Source: Sphaeroforma arctica JP610
Taxonomy: Eukaryota
Length of the DNA: 35,838 nt
NCBI RefSeq assembly: GCF_001186125.1
Contig: NW_014040464.1
Span: 3,564-39,401, forward strand
Reading direction: 5' to 3'
The notes under the pieces are model-generated. The model made no database searches. It was not told the origin of the DNA and saw only the letters and a list, made by a program, of their open reading frames with translations. This document shows positions 1 through 9,697 of the stretch, piece by piece (the first letter of the stretch is position 1; each line of letters opens with the position of its first letter). The position numbers and the translations under genes were made by a program.

Positions 1-15
1 ATAAACTAATAATAC

Positions 16-46
<31 letters not shown>

Positions 47-96
47 TATATATATATCGATGTTGATACTGTGCACTGTATCGTCTCTATCCCCAG

Positions 97-963
97 CCTC
101 TGAGGTACCCGTTGTGAAAACACCGCCCAAACAATCACGGACCTTTCAGCAGGACAGCGCGCCTGCTGCGGGACTGGCCCCGAGTGACACGGACGTACGT
201 TGTGTTGTGTTGTTGTGTTGCTATGCCTATGACTGCGTTGAATTGATGTGTGTTTGTTGCGAGGTGTATAAGGATGCTATGCATGAGGCTATTCTAGTCT
301 GATGCGTGATGTCTATTTGTCTTGAGCAACTGGTATTACACAGGAATAGTTTTATAATCCATTCCTTATTTTGAGCAAAGGATATTGATAGGTATAGTTT
401 TATAGTCCTTGAAACTGCACAGTGTTGTTGGGTCAGGCTCGCTCCAAGGGGCACTAGCTGATGTATGTTGTTGTGCTTTGTTCAAACTGTATCTATGTAT
501 TTGGTAGGACCCCAAGCGATTTCCCTGTACGATGTTTAGAATAAATTGAGTTTGAGAATCTATAGGGTTCGCCCATACACCCAAATATGTAGCCGAACTA
601 ATTTTCTGCTGTCGTAGTCAACTAATTTCTGCTGTCGTGGTGTTCCTTATCATGGCTTCACATGACTTGAAGTTTACAATACGCAGATGGATTGTATGTC
701 AGCATATATGGATATATACATAGTAGGTATGTAGCTATATATAGAGAGATATGTTCCTATATATAGAGAGAGATATGTATCAACATATAGAGATGGATAC
801 AGATAGTATTTCGAAGTGGTTCGCCATTCATGTCTGCACAATCCATATTTTTTTGCCAATACAGTTGATGAGCCGGATGGCAAAGCTACAACTAGCTGCA
901 AAGGACACCAAATTAGAACAGGACACTATGGAGGGGGTCGATGATGACGAATGGGACGACTAG
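97..963 (+). CDS. CORO7: 3' end (last two coding exons, 97-194 and 865-963) of a coronin-7/POD-1-like actin regulator; gene starts upstream of the window
   Basis: Acceptor CCCCAG|97, donor 194|GTACGT and acceptor ATACAG|865 give a phase-0 join reading ...SDTD-LMSRMAKLQLAAKDTKLEQDTMEGVDDDEWDD*. The tail closely matches the coronin-7 C-terminus as recalled (L..M..KL....QD..EGVDEDEWD). The WD40 domains lie outside the window, so the call rests on this tail only. Confidence 0.8.
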
Positions 964-987
964 GTATAGACACTAATTAATGATTGA

Positions 988-1964
988 TAGCAACAATAGG
1001 AATACAACTCATGCGATGGTGAAGCATTGTAAGGACGACGAGTGTGTAATATACACAAATTAAAGACTAGTAGCAACAATAGGAATACAACTCATGAGAT
1101 GGTGAAGCATTGTAAGGACGACGAGTGTGTAATATACACTAACTAAAAACTAGTAGCAACAATAGGAATACAACTCATGCGATGGTGAAGCATTGTAAGG
1201 ACGACGAGTGTGTAATATACACAAATTAAAGATTAGTAGCAACAATAGGAANNNNNNNNNNNNNNNNNNNNNNNNNNNNNNNNNNNNNNNNNNNNNNNNN
1301 NNNNNNNNNNNNNNNNNNNNNNNNNNNNNNNNNNNNNNNNNNNNNNNNNNNNNNNNNNNNNNNNNNNNNNNNNNNNNNNNNNNNNNNNNNNNNNNNNNNN
1401 NNNNNNNNNNNNNNNNNNNNNNNNNNNNNNNNNNNNNNNNNNNNNNNNNNNNNNNNNNNNNNNNNNNNNNNNNNNNNNNNNNNNNNNNNNNNNNNNNNNN
1501 NNNNNNNNNNNNNNNNNNNNNNNNNNNNNNNNNNNNNNNNNNNNNNNNNNNNNNNNNNNNNNNNNNNNNNNNNNNNNNNNNNNNNNNNNNNNNNNNNNNN
1601 NNNNNNNNNNNNNNNNNNNNNNNNNNNNNNNNNNNNNNNNNNNNNNNNNNNNNNNNNNNNNNNNNNNNNNNNNNNNNNNNNNNNNNNNNNNNNNNNNNNN
1701 NNNNNNNNNNNNNNNNNNNNNNNNNNNNNNNNNNNNNNNNNNNNNNNNNNNNNNNNNNNNNNNNNNNNNNNNNNNNNNNNNNNNNNNNNNNNNNNNNNNN
1801 NNNNNNNNNNNNNNNNNNNNNNNNNNNNNNNNNNNNNNNNNNNNNNNNTCAAAGAGTGGTAGCAACAATAGGAATACAACTCATGAGATGGTGAAGCATT
1901 GTAAGGACGACGAGAGTGTACAACTCATGCGATGGTGAAGCATTGTAAGGACGACGAGTGTGTA
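988..1964. repeat. 83-bp tandem array (minisatellite) directly downstream of the coronin-7 stop codon, spanning an assembly gap
   Basis: Unit TAGCAACAATAGGAATACAACTCATG(C/A)GATGGTGAAGCATTGTAAGGACGACGAGTGTGTAATATACAC(A/T)AA(T/C)TAAA(G/A)A(C/T)TAG starts at 988, 1071, 1154 and 1237. It resumes after the N run and ends with a truncated unit at about 1964. Confidence 0.95.
1252..1848. other. assembly gap (N run) within the 83-bp array
   Basis: Run of N. Other gaps are at 3595-3921, 33353-33372 and 34794-34813, mostly next to (TA)n tracts. Confidence 0.99.
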
Positions 1965-2182
1965 GCCATGGTCACTACCCTACCTACCCATTGCACCCCG
2001 CGAATGCCTTTGGCTGCCAGTGTGGTGTGAGTGAAGTCAATCAGGCGCGATGAGTCTCGGCCAATGTGCGCTGCAGCACACAAGGCCTCCTTCCCCAGAA
2101 TCCCTTAGCGAGCCATTCGCAGCGAAAAACAAATCTATGAGAAAATTGTCCTGACCGCTTTCATAGCGCTCCCCGCGGCTTT

Positions 2183-2722
2183 TGCTACTGACAGGGGTGG
2201 TATGTACTAATGGGAAAGGTGCTCTGTTTCTAGATAGCGTGAATAGCTACTGATAGGGGTGGACTATACTAGCGGGAAAGGTGCTCTGTTTCTAGATAGC
2301 ATAAACAAAGCACTGTACCTAGTATAAGGTGCATAGAGGTACAAAATGCAGAACAGTGAGTAGCATCGAGGGACGTTGCATGGTTGCCTATCAATTTGAT
2401 CCCTGAATGCGAATCTCGTTGCTTTCTCCTCCCAGAATAGCTCCAGTTATGGCGCGTGATTGATTTTGCCATACGTTTAGTGTTGTAGTGTACATGTACA
2501 CATACAGTTATGTGCATATACACATCTATTCATTATTTGACGATGCGTGAAGGCGTCCATGTATACCCACCATTCTAGAGACCATCTTACCATACATTTA
2601 GTGTACATGTACACATACATTTGGTGTACATGTACACATACAGTTACGTGCATTTGCGCTTATGTTCATTATTTGCGATGCATGAAGGTGTCCATGAATA
2701 TGCACCATCATAGAGACCATTC
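2183..2722. repeat. two local imperfect direct duplications (about 60 bp x2 and about 120-150 bp x2)
   Basis: GCTACTGA(C/T)AGGGGTGG...GGGAAAGGTGCTCTGTTTCTAGATAGC at about 2183 and 2246; GTGTACATGTACACATACAGTTA...TTCATTATTTG...TGAAGG...TAGAGACCAT at about 2488 and 2624. Confidence 0.8.
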
Positions 2723-3289
2723 TTGGTTTATCAATTTTACTGTCTCAAATGTTCTTTTCGGTCTCAATGTGTCGTAGAAGGCGGGCCAAGGCAGGTACTA
2801 ACACGTGCCTATGCATACCGAGCCAGTTCAGTAAGTAAATAAGCGGAACAAGGAACTAGGCAATCAGCCGAAAATATCACTATCGTTGCACGTATAGTGT
2901 GCCGCGTGTTACATATGATGAATTGTAGCGTGTTTATACTTCAGCATCAGGGTGGACTTCTTAGGCCTCTAAGTATGAAGCTATAGTACAGCTGGTTAGC
3001 TATCTGCGTTGATTACGTACCTATATAGATGTACGTGACCGTATCTACTATAAATTTAATATATCACGATTAATGTACTCAATGTTTATGTATACGAAAG
3101 TGACACCTAGTACGAACATGATCGCATCCTTCTCCGTATATGCGTGTGTATACACTACGGCTTATGTGATTATTTGAATTAATAAACAAGACTGAATCAT
3201 GACCACAAAGATACACTCAATAGATGTACGACGTAAAAATAAACACTATCGGAAACTTAGACAGAATATCAAATCCCTCAAAACAATAT

Positions 3290-3517
3290 CACATATGTAT
3301 ACGTAATGCATATGTATACGTATATGTACATGTATAATGCAAATATATATGTATGTATATGCGTAATATTTTTTTAAAAAGTACATGTACATATCTTACA
3401 TATACATATATATATATATTGTACAGTTATATATGTATATACACGTACAGGCACAACACAAATACACACACGAATTTATACACACGCACACACACACATA
3501 AATAAATATATACATAC

Positions 3518-3594
<77 letters not shown>

Positions 3595-3921
3595 NNNNNN
3601 NNNNNNNNNNNNNNNNNNNNNNNNNNNNNNNNNNNNNNNNNNNNNNNNNNNNNNNNNNNNNNNNNNNNNNNNNNNNNNNNNNNNNNNNNNNNNNNNNNNN
3701 NNNNNNNNNNNNNNNNNNNNNNNNNNNNNNNNNNNNNNNNNNNNNNNNNNNNNNNNNNNNNNNNNNNNNNNNNNNNNNNNNNNNNNNNNNNNNNNNNNNN
3801 NNNNNNNNNNNNNNNNNNNNNNNNNNNNNNNNNNNNNNNNNNNNNNNNNNNNNNNNNNNNNNNNNNNNNNNNNNNNNNNNNNNNNNNNNNNNNNNNNNNN
3901 NNNNNNNNNNNNNNNNNNNNN

Positions 3922-3965
<44 letters not shown>

Positions 3966-3990
3966 TATATATGTGTGTGTGTGTATGTAT
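3290..3990. repeat. (TA)n/(CA)n microsatellite and low-complexity tract flanking an assembly gap
   Basis: Long TA runs at 3520-3594 and 3922-3963. Similar tracts at about 14100-14470, 15640-15935, 17100-17310, 26440-26480, 33305-33415, 34814-34865 and 35805-35838. Confidence 0.95.
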
Positions 3991-5347
3991 AAAATTCTTC
4001 CCGGATGGACAAGAATGTGTAGGCTCGGGATGTAATTTCTTCTTTTTCAGGTATTTTATTATTGGTAAGCTGGATCATAACCATATTCACAGACTATCAT
4101 AGCGAAATGGCTCAGCCAGCACCGCCAAGCACCACGTCCAACTAAACTGTGTCCAATCCGAGAGGTGGTGCAGAAAGACTTTGTGAATATATGTTTATAG
4201 ATGGAGTGATATGGAGTTTGTCTGGAAAGGTAGCTTGGTTGAAGTTCCTGTGCCCTTTGAAAGATAAATAGTTCGTTCGCCAGCGACCAACAATAGTATA
4301 GCTCAACTGACAAGAGGGTGATATGTCTGCCTACAAGTGGAAGACTTTTATAGTTTATAGAAAATCTTAACTATGCGTTTTTGAAATAACATCCAAGATT
4401 GGCGGAGCTCACTGCTCAATTGATACCACATTGTAACGTGATATTCAATAAATATTATGTGAGTCATGAATGGACTCAGCGCAGGCTGTTATCAGTTTAG
4501 TCGAATACTTTTAATTGTCGAACGTAAACGCTTATCTATTCGATTTAGAAATAGACGGTTAAAACGTTTCACCACGACAAAAGACTGGGAAAAAAAAGGA
4601 TTTCTTTGCGCCTTAGAAGTCAGACACCCTGCCGGAAATCGTGTCAAACGCTTGAACCTCCAGGCTCCGCGGATAAGCACCCAAATCAACAACTATAGGG
4701 CCGTCACGTTATAGGCGTTGAGCGTAAACATATATATTCGTAAACATACGTTTCAACGTAAAACGTATTAGGTTAGATGTAAATTGTAACTAAGTTGACT
4801 TATGAGATGTTTTTTCTTCTTCTTGTAGCTGGACGGTTGAATGTTATAATCCACAATTCGGCGCCAATGAAATTACAGGGAACCTTAACAACGGCACGAT
4901 TTATTTCAAAAAACCTGATATTTCGATAAAGTTAGATCTGGAAACATATAATTCCAGCAAACAATCGAATTCATATAGTACTTCCGGTGTTGTGGAGCGT
5001 GTGAACAAGCGTGTGTTTGAATGTAGTAGTGTAGTACGCGTATCAGTAGCAAATACCCATATGACCACTTTGTTTTGGGTTATGCAAATGACACACGAGC
5101 ACACTATACTGTGCTTGAATGCAAACGACCACATAAATTTGTTAACAGCTACTAGCGAGACTGTACCACGTAAATGCGCAACCACACTCGAAGTTTTTGG
5201 TTAGGAGACAAAAATATTAAATACAAATATACCGGCGTATAGAGTACACACACAGCTTACTATCAAATATCGAGTCAGAAATACATACGAGAGCTTTCAT
5301 CGGTTCTCCACAATTCAGCGTCGTTAATTCACAATACAACAATCATA

Positions 5348-8300
5348 ATGGGGTTAGCAAGAAATTTAATACTGGCCCTGACGACTGTCAAATCGCTCAG
5401 TGGCCAGGGCTCTATAAGAGAGGCGTATCTCTCCAAAAAAGGAGGGCCTACGTTTAATTGGCAAGGGTATGATGATTACGGCTACGATGTGATGGGGTTT
5501 GATGAGTTTGGGTATGATCTCTACGGAAAGCCCATGTATGACCCGTACGCGGGCTTGCAGGGTAGTCGCGCGCAGCTAGAGGCCCATGGCCAGTTCTTTG
5601 ACCCCTCACATGGCACTCATTTAGAAGATAGCAATGTAGAAGAGTATGTGGACAAGTATGACGGCGCTGATGGGGAGGGAGATAAAGACGATGATGGCTA
5701 TGAACAAGACAAATATGAATACCCGGGCAAAAAGTACGATGACGACGATGACGATGTGCCGTGGTGGCACAAGCCCTTCCCGTCTGGCACGGATAAAGCA
5801 GACCCTGGGTGGTGGGATTGGTACTGGGAGGAGGTCAGTATGACTGACGCGCTACCTACGGCCAGTATATTCTTCACGGATACGTTTGACTTCAAATTCC
5901 CCAGACCAGACAGACCTACTACAATGACGGAGACTGAGACTACTACCAAAATCACACCAACAGCGTATATAACTACTACTGGTGGCTCTAGTATGACTAT
6001 CACTGTGCCGGCCACTGAGGTGTATTCATGCGGGCGAGCGGCATATTGCCAGGAGTATGAGACCGAGTGCTGCGATGGTGTGCCGCTGTGCAAACCGGGC
6101 AAGTGCGAGTACGGATACTACAATAGTCTGTCGCTGGTGGCCTCTGAGTGTATAGATACTGAGTTGTGTATTGCGGGCTCACAGAGTGTTGCGATAAGTG
6201 GTGACGGATGTTGGGTTATTCAGGGTGTGCCGTCGAACACAACCCAAGAAGCCATCACCAGCACTGGTCTAGGGTTGGACGACGAGCAGTTGCTATGGCG
6301 TGGCTGGGCGACTGTGTGGCATTTGGCTGACGGAGTCTGGCTACAATACCAGCTGCTGATACCATCCGATGGTGTACTGGCAGACTGGTTTGGTATCAGT
6401 GTAGATATCTGCAACGATGGCTCGCGCATTGTTGTAGGATCGTGGTTGGACAGTGAGAATGGTGTGCGGTCAGGGTCAGCCTACGTCTTCTCCTGGGCAC
6501 CCGGTACCCATACCTATAGACAGGAGGCGAAGCTGATGCCGAGTGATGGCCAGGCATTCGACTATTTCGGACAGTCTGTGCGGATCAGTCATGATTGTGA
6601 CACAGTAGTAGTGGGCGCGTTTGGTAACGACGCGAACGGGGCACTATCCGGAGCTGCCTATGTGTACCTAGTTGAAGAGATCCCAGGTACCATACCATCG
6701 CACTCGCCCAGCCCTACACCCAACTTTAACTCGACTTACGGGCCGAACATTACATTCATCGACCCAACCCAGGCCAAGAAAGACCGGAAGCAGAAGTGCG
6801 ACGACGAGAAAAACCTGCCCATACAGACCCACCGATGGATTGAGGTACAGAAGATTGATCTCGGGTTCGACGGGTCTCCTATGGATATGTTTGGCCAGTC
6901 TCTGGCAGTGAATGGTGACGGTACGAGAATCTTTATCTCGGGTCGAAATATCGAGAGCGTCTTGTACTATAAGTTTGAGATGAGCTTTATGCGCTGGATC
7001 CTGCAGGAAGAGATCAAGCCTGATCAGACGGGTATGATGGCTTTCGGACACTCTATTGATACGGATATCGCCGGAACTACGCTGGCGGTAGGTGCTCCTT
7101 GGGGTTCTGCCACTTCCTCATTCAATGATACGGATGAGGGACTTGTATACATCTATGAACAGAACATCAACATCTCAACATCGTACGAACTAGCGGCCGG
7201 AACACCGCTTACGTCGCCCAACAGTGCTGAGGACAACTTCTTCGGATTCAGTGTTGCGCTGAACGGTGCGAATGGCTCATATCTATTAGTGGGAGAGCCA
7301 GGCTTCGACTATAACGAGACCGATACACTCACCAACGTCAACGCCTATCTTGAAAATGCTGGAGCTGCGTACATCTACTCCAACTGGTGCGGCTACTGGG
7401 ACTACTATGGCCTCATGTTCAATGCCACACTCACCACTAGCACAGACGACACCGGTGTCACGACGGTATCGCCCATCAACTACTTCTTCGGAGTGTCTGT
7501 GGATATGGACGACTGCGCAACCGATATTGTGATCGCCGATTCCTACAACAAGGTAGATGTCTTCACGTGGGTGCCATACTTCACGCCAATCTTCAATGTC
7601 ACTGTCACGTCCAATGCCGAAGATGAACCAATCCCCGCTATCGAAGGCGCCACGGTCACGTTGACCGGCCCACTACCCAATACCACGACGAGAGTGCTGC
7701 TTACCAATGTAGACGGCTATGTTACCTTTGAAACCGTTGACGGTGACATCATAAAACCTGGGGACTACAATGTGACTGTGGAAGCAGACGGCTACTTTGG
7801 ACCGCAGACGGGAAGTGTCACCCTGGCCATGAATGCCATCACTAACATGTACTTTACGCTCAGCACCAATCCACGCGTTGCCTTCTATGTGGAGGATAGC
7901 GTTACGGGCGGCAATCTCACCTTGCCTGGTACGAACACTACGTCACCTGCCACCTTCAACGTCTTTGATGCCAACGGCACTCTCGTGCAGAGCGGCACGA
8001 CTGTGTATGGAGAGCTGAATTTCTTAGGGCCCTTCGAAGTGGGCAGCTACACGTACAATGTCACAGCGGAGGGGTATGACACTGGCAGTGGGGCTATCGA
8101 CATGGCGCTTGATGTGTTCTACACCATCACGGAGAGCATGGTCCCCTCATTCGCCGAAGTCACGGCCCTAATCACAGACACGGACGGTGCAGTACTGCCA
8201 GGGGTTCTGGTGACTATCAACAGCACCTTGGGTGGAATCTACCAGGAAACCACCGATGCAGATGGATGGGCCAACTTCAGTCTTGTCAGGACCGGTGACC

Positions 8301-9697
8301 TTGTCTTCACCGCCAGCAAAACGGACTTCAGCTCTGCCTCTGGGTCTCTGTCGCTCGGCACAGCGGGTGCCTCACTGACGGCGTCACTGAACCCAACATC
8401 TCTCACGTTCGAGATCACCAGCAATCTGACAGGCCTCGCGCTGGAAGGAGCGTTGGTGGAGATTCTGACCAGTGAAGGCACCACTCTATCGCAAACAACG
8501 CCCGCCAATGGGTCTGTCATTTTCGATTATCTGACGTCCGGTACCACTACGTACAATGTGACGGCCGATTTCCACTTCGTGCAGTCGGGTAGCGTGGACT
8601 TAGCCGAGGGCTTTGCCACCACTCAACCGCTCGATCTGCAGTCGGATATCGCCGAAGTGCAGGTTACCGTGGTCAACAATCTGGACAACGTGGTGGCCGG
8701 GGCGGAAGTGAGCTACGAGTACGCCAACGGAACAGTAGTCACTGAGACCACTGATGCGCTAGGCCAGGTATTGCTTGTCGATGTGGACACTGGGGTCGTC
8801 AGTGTGAACGTGGTAGCCGATACATACGACAACCAGACAGCAACCGCCACGGCCATAAGTGGTACACTTGTGGAGAGCGAGATTACCCTGGTGTCTCAGA
8901 TTGCTGTGCTGAACGTCACTCTGTTCCAGGCAGACGGCTCTGCCTTTGATGTGGACGCAGAGGTGACACTGACCACCACCGCGGATGGCACTGAGCAAGT
9001 GCTGGATAGTGGTAGTAGTGGCGAGGTGTCCTATCTCAATGTCACGCCCGGTGCGTATGAACTGTCTATCACGGCTGTGAATATGGCCACCATCACTCAG
9101 ACGGGAACCACTGTGGCGGACGACAACGCCAACTTGAATGTCACAATCTTCGCCAGCTCGGCCAACTTTGCATTCACTGTAGTTGGGCCAGACTCTTTGA
9201 ACAACGCGGGTGTGGCAGTGGATGACGCAGTGATAACGCTCACAACCTCACAGAGTGGTATAAGCACTACTGGCACTACCGATACGACAGGAGCAGCATC
9301 CATCAGCGGGATTGAGGCGGGTGAGTATACCTACACGGTGTCTGCGACGTACTTTGAGGATTTCACACCAACACCGGTGTTAGACTATGCGTTAAACGTA
9401 TCCGAGATATCGGTGCCTGTAACCCTCACTCGCTCAGTGGGTAGCATCCAGTTCCTGATTCTGAACTCAACGAGTAACACGCCCATTGAGTCTGTGGATG
9501 CGATCATCAGCCTGGAAAATGCGGACCTGTTAGGTGTAACAACGGAGGAAGACACCTCCACTGGGTTTGCAACGTTCACGGATCAATTGGCGGGCAATTA
9601 CATCGCCACACCCACGGTGGGCGCGACCGCCTACCCGTCTGTAGCCGTTGAGAAACTGTTCACTGGTACAACGAATGTGACCATCTCGGTCACGTGA
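5348..9697 (+). CDS. intronless 1449-aa probably secreted FG-GAP beta-propeller protein with about 8 Cna-B/carboxypeptidase-regulatory-like beta-sandwich repeats (adhesin- or cell-coat-like)
   Basis: Uninterrupted ATG-TGA ORF. FG-GAP blades at about 6170-7570, e.g. QEAKLMPSDGQAFDYFGQSVRISHDCDTVVVGAFGNDANGALSGAAYVY, DWFGISVDICNDGSRIVVGS..SGSAYVF, AFGHSIDTDIAGTTLAVGAP..GLVYIY, FFGFSVALNGANGSYLLVGEP..AGAAYIY. About 85-aa repeats at 7590-9694 with pattern V.V..d....GA.V.l...tTda.G...f..l..G.Y...vtA..Y. Short hydrophobic N-terminus (LILALTTV) is a possible signal peptide; no C-terminal transmembrane helix. Confidence 0.9.
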   Translation: MGLARNLILALTTVKSLSGQGSIREAYLSKKGGPTFNWQGYDDYGYDVMGFDEFGYDLYGKPMYDPYAGLQGSRAQLEAHGQFFDPSHGTHLEDSNVEEYVDKYDGADGEGDKDDDGYEQDKYEYPGKKYDDDDDDVPWWHKPFPSGTDKADPGWWDWYWEEVSMTDALPTASIFFTDTFDFKFPRPDRPTTMTETETTTKITPTAYITTTGGSSMTITVPATEVYSCGRAAYCQEYETECCDGVPLCKPGKCEYGYYNSLSLVASECIDTELCIAGSQSVAISGDGCWVIQGVPSNTTQEAITSTGLGLDDEQLLWRGWATVWHLADGVWLQYQLLIPSDGVLADWFGISVDICNDGSRIVVGSWLDSENGVRSGSAYVFSWAPGTHTYRQEAKLMPSDGQAFDYFGQSVRISHDCDTVVVGAFGNDANGALSGAAYVYLVEEIPGTIPSHSPSPTPNFNSTYGPNITFIDPTQAKKDRKQKCDDEKNLPIQTHRWIEVQKIDLGFDGSPMDMFGQSLAVNGDGTRIFISGRNIESVLYYKFEMSFMRWILQEEIKPDQTGMMAFGHSIDTDIAGTTLAVGAPWGSATSSFNDTDEGLVYIYEQNINISTSYELAAGTPLTSPNSAEDNFFGFSVALNGANGSYLLVGEPGFDYNETDTLTNVNAYLENAGAAYIYSNWCGYWDYYGLMFNATLTTSTDDTGVTTVSPINYFFGVSVDMDDCATDIVIADSYNKVDVFTWVPYFTPIFNVTVTSNAEDEPIPAIEGATVTLTGPLPNTTTRVLLTNVDGYVTFETVDGDIIKPGDYNVTVEADGYFGPQTGSVTLAMNAITNMYFTLSTNPRVAFYVEDSVTGGNLTLPGTNTTSPATFNVFDANGTLVQSGTTVYGELNFLGPFEVGSYTYNVTAEGYDTGSGAIDMALDVFYTITESMVPSFAEVTALITDTDGAVLPGVLVTINSTLGGIYQETTDADGWANFSLVRTGDLVFTASKTDFSSASGSLSLGTAGASLTASLNPTSLTFEITSNLTGLALEGALVEILTSEGTTLSQTTPANGSVIFDYLTSGTTTYNVTADFHFVQSGSVDLAEGFATTQPLDLQSDIAEVQVTVVNNLDNVVAGAEVSYEYANGTVVTETTDALGQVLLVDVDTGVVSVNVVADTYDNQTATATAISGTLVESEITLVSQIAVLNVTLFQADGSAFDVDAEVTLTTTADGTEQVLDSGSSGEVSYLNVTPGAYELSITAVNMATITQTGTTVADDNANLNVTIFASSANFAFTVVGPDSLNNAGVAVDDAVITLTTSQSGISTTGTTDTTGAASISGIEAGEYTYTVSATYFEDFTPTPVLDYALNVSEISVPVTLTRSVGSIQFLILNSTSNTPIESVDAIISLENADLLGVTTEEDTSTGFATFTDQLAGNYIATPTVGATAYPSVAVEKLFTGTTNVTISVT

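Noticed and set aside
1208..1894. ORFs of 200+ aa in the ORF track (also 3476..4090)
   Set aside because: Artefacts of N runs and TA repeats.
988..1964. CRISPR-like regularly spaced repeats
   Set aside because: Whole 83-bp units are near-identical with no unique spacers, there are no cas genes, and the context is eukaryotic. The 26-, 27- and 14-bp arrays are likewise plain tandem repeats.
4500..4780. AAACG/GTAAACA-rich patch upstream of the FG-GAP gene (forkhead-like sites or a MITE)
   Set aside because: Short motifs in AT-rich DNA, with no convincing terminal inverted repeats or target-site duplication.
5348..9697. Integrin alpha subunit
   Set aside because: The FG-GAP propeller is present, but there is no recognisable thigh/calf region, transmembrane helix or GFFKR tail; the stalk is made of Cna-B-like repeats.
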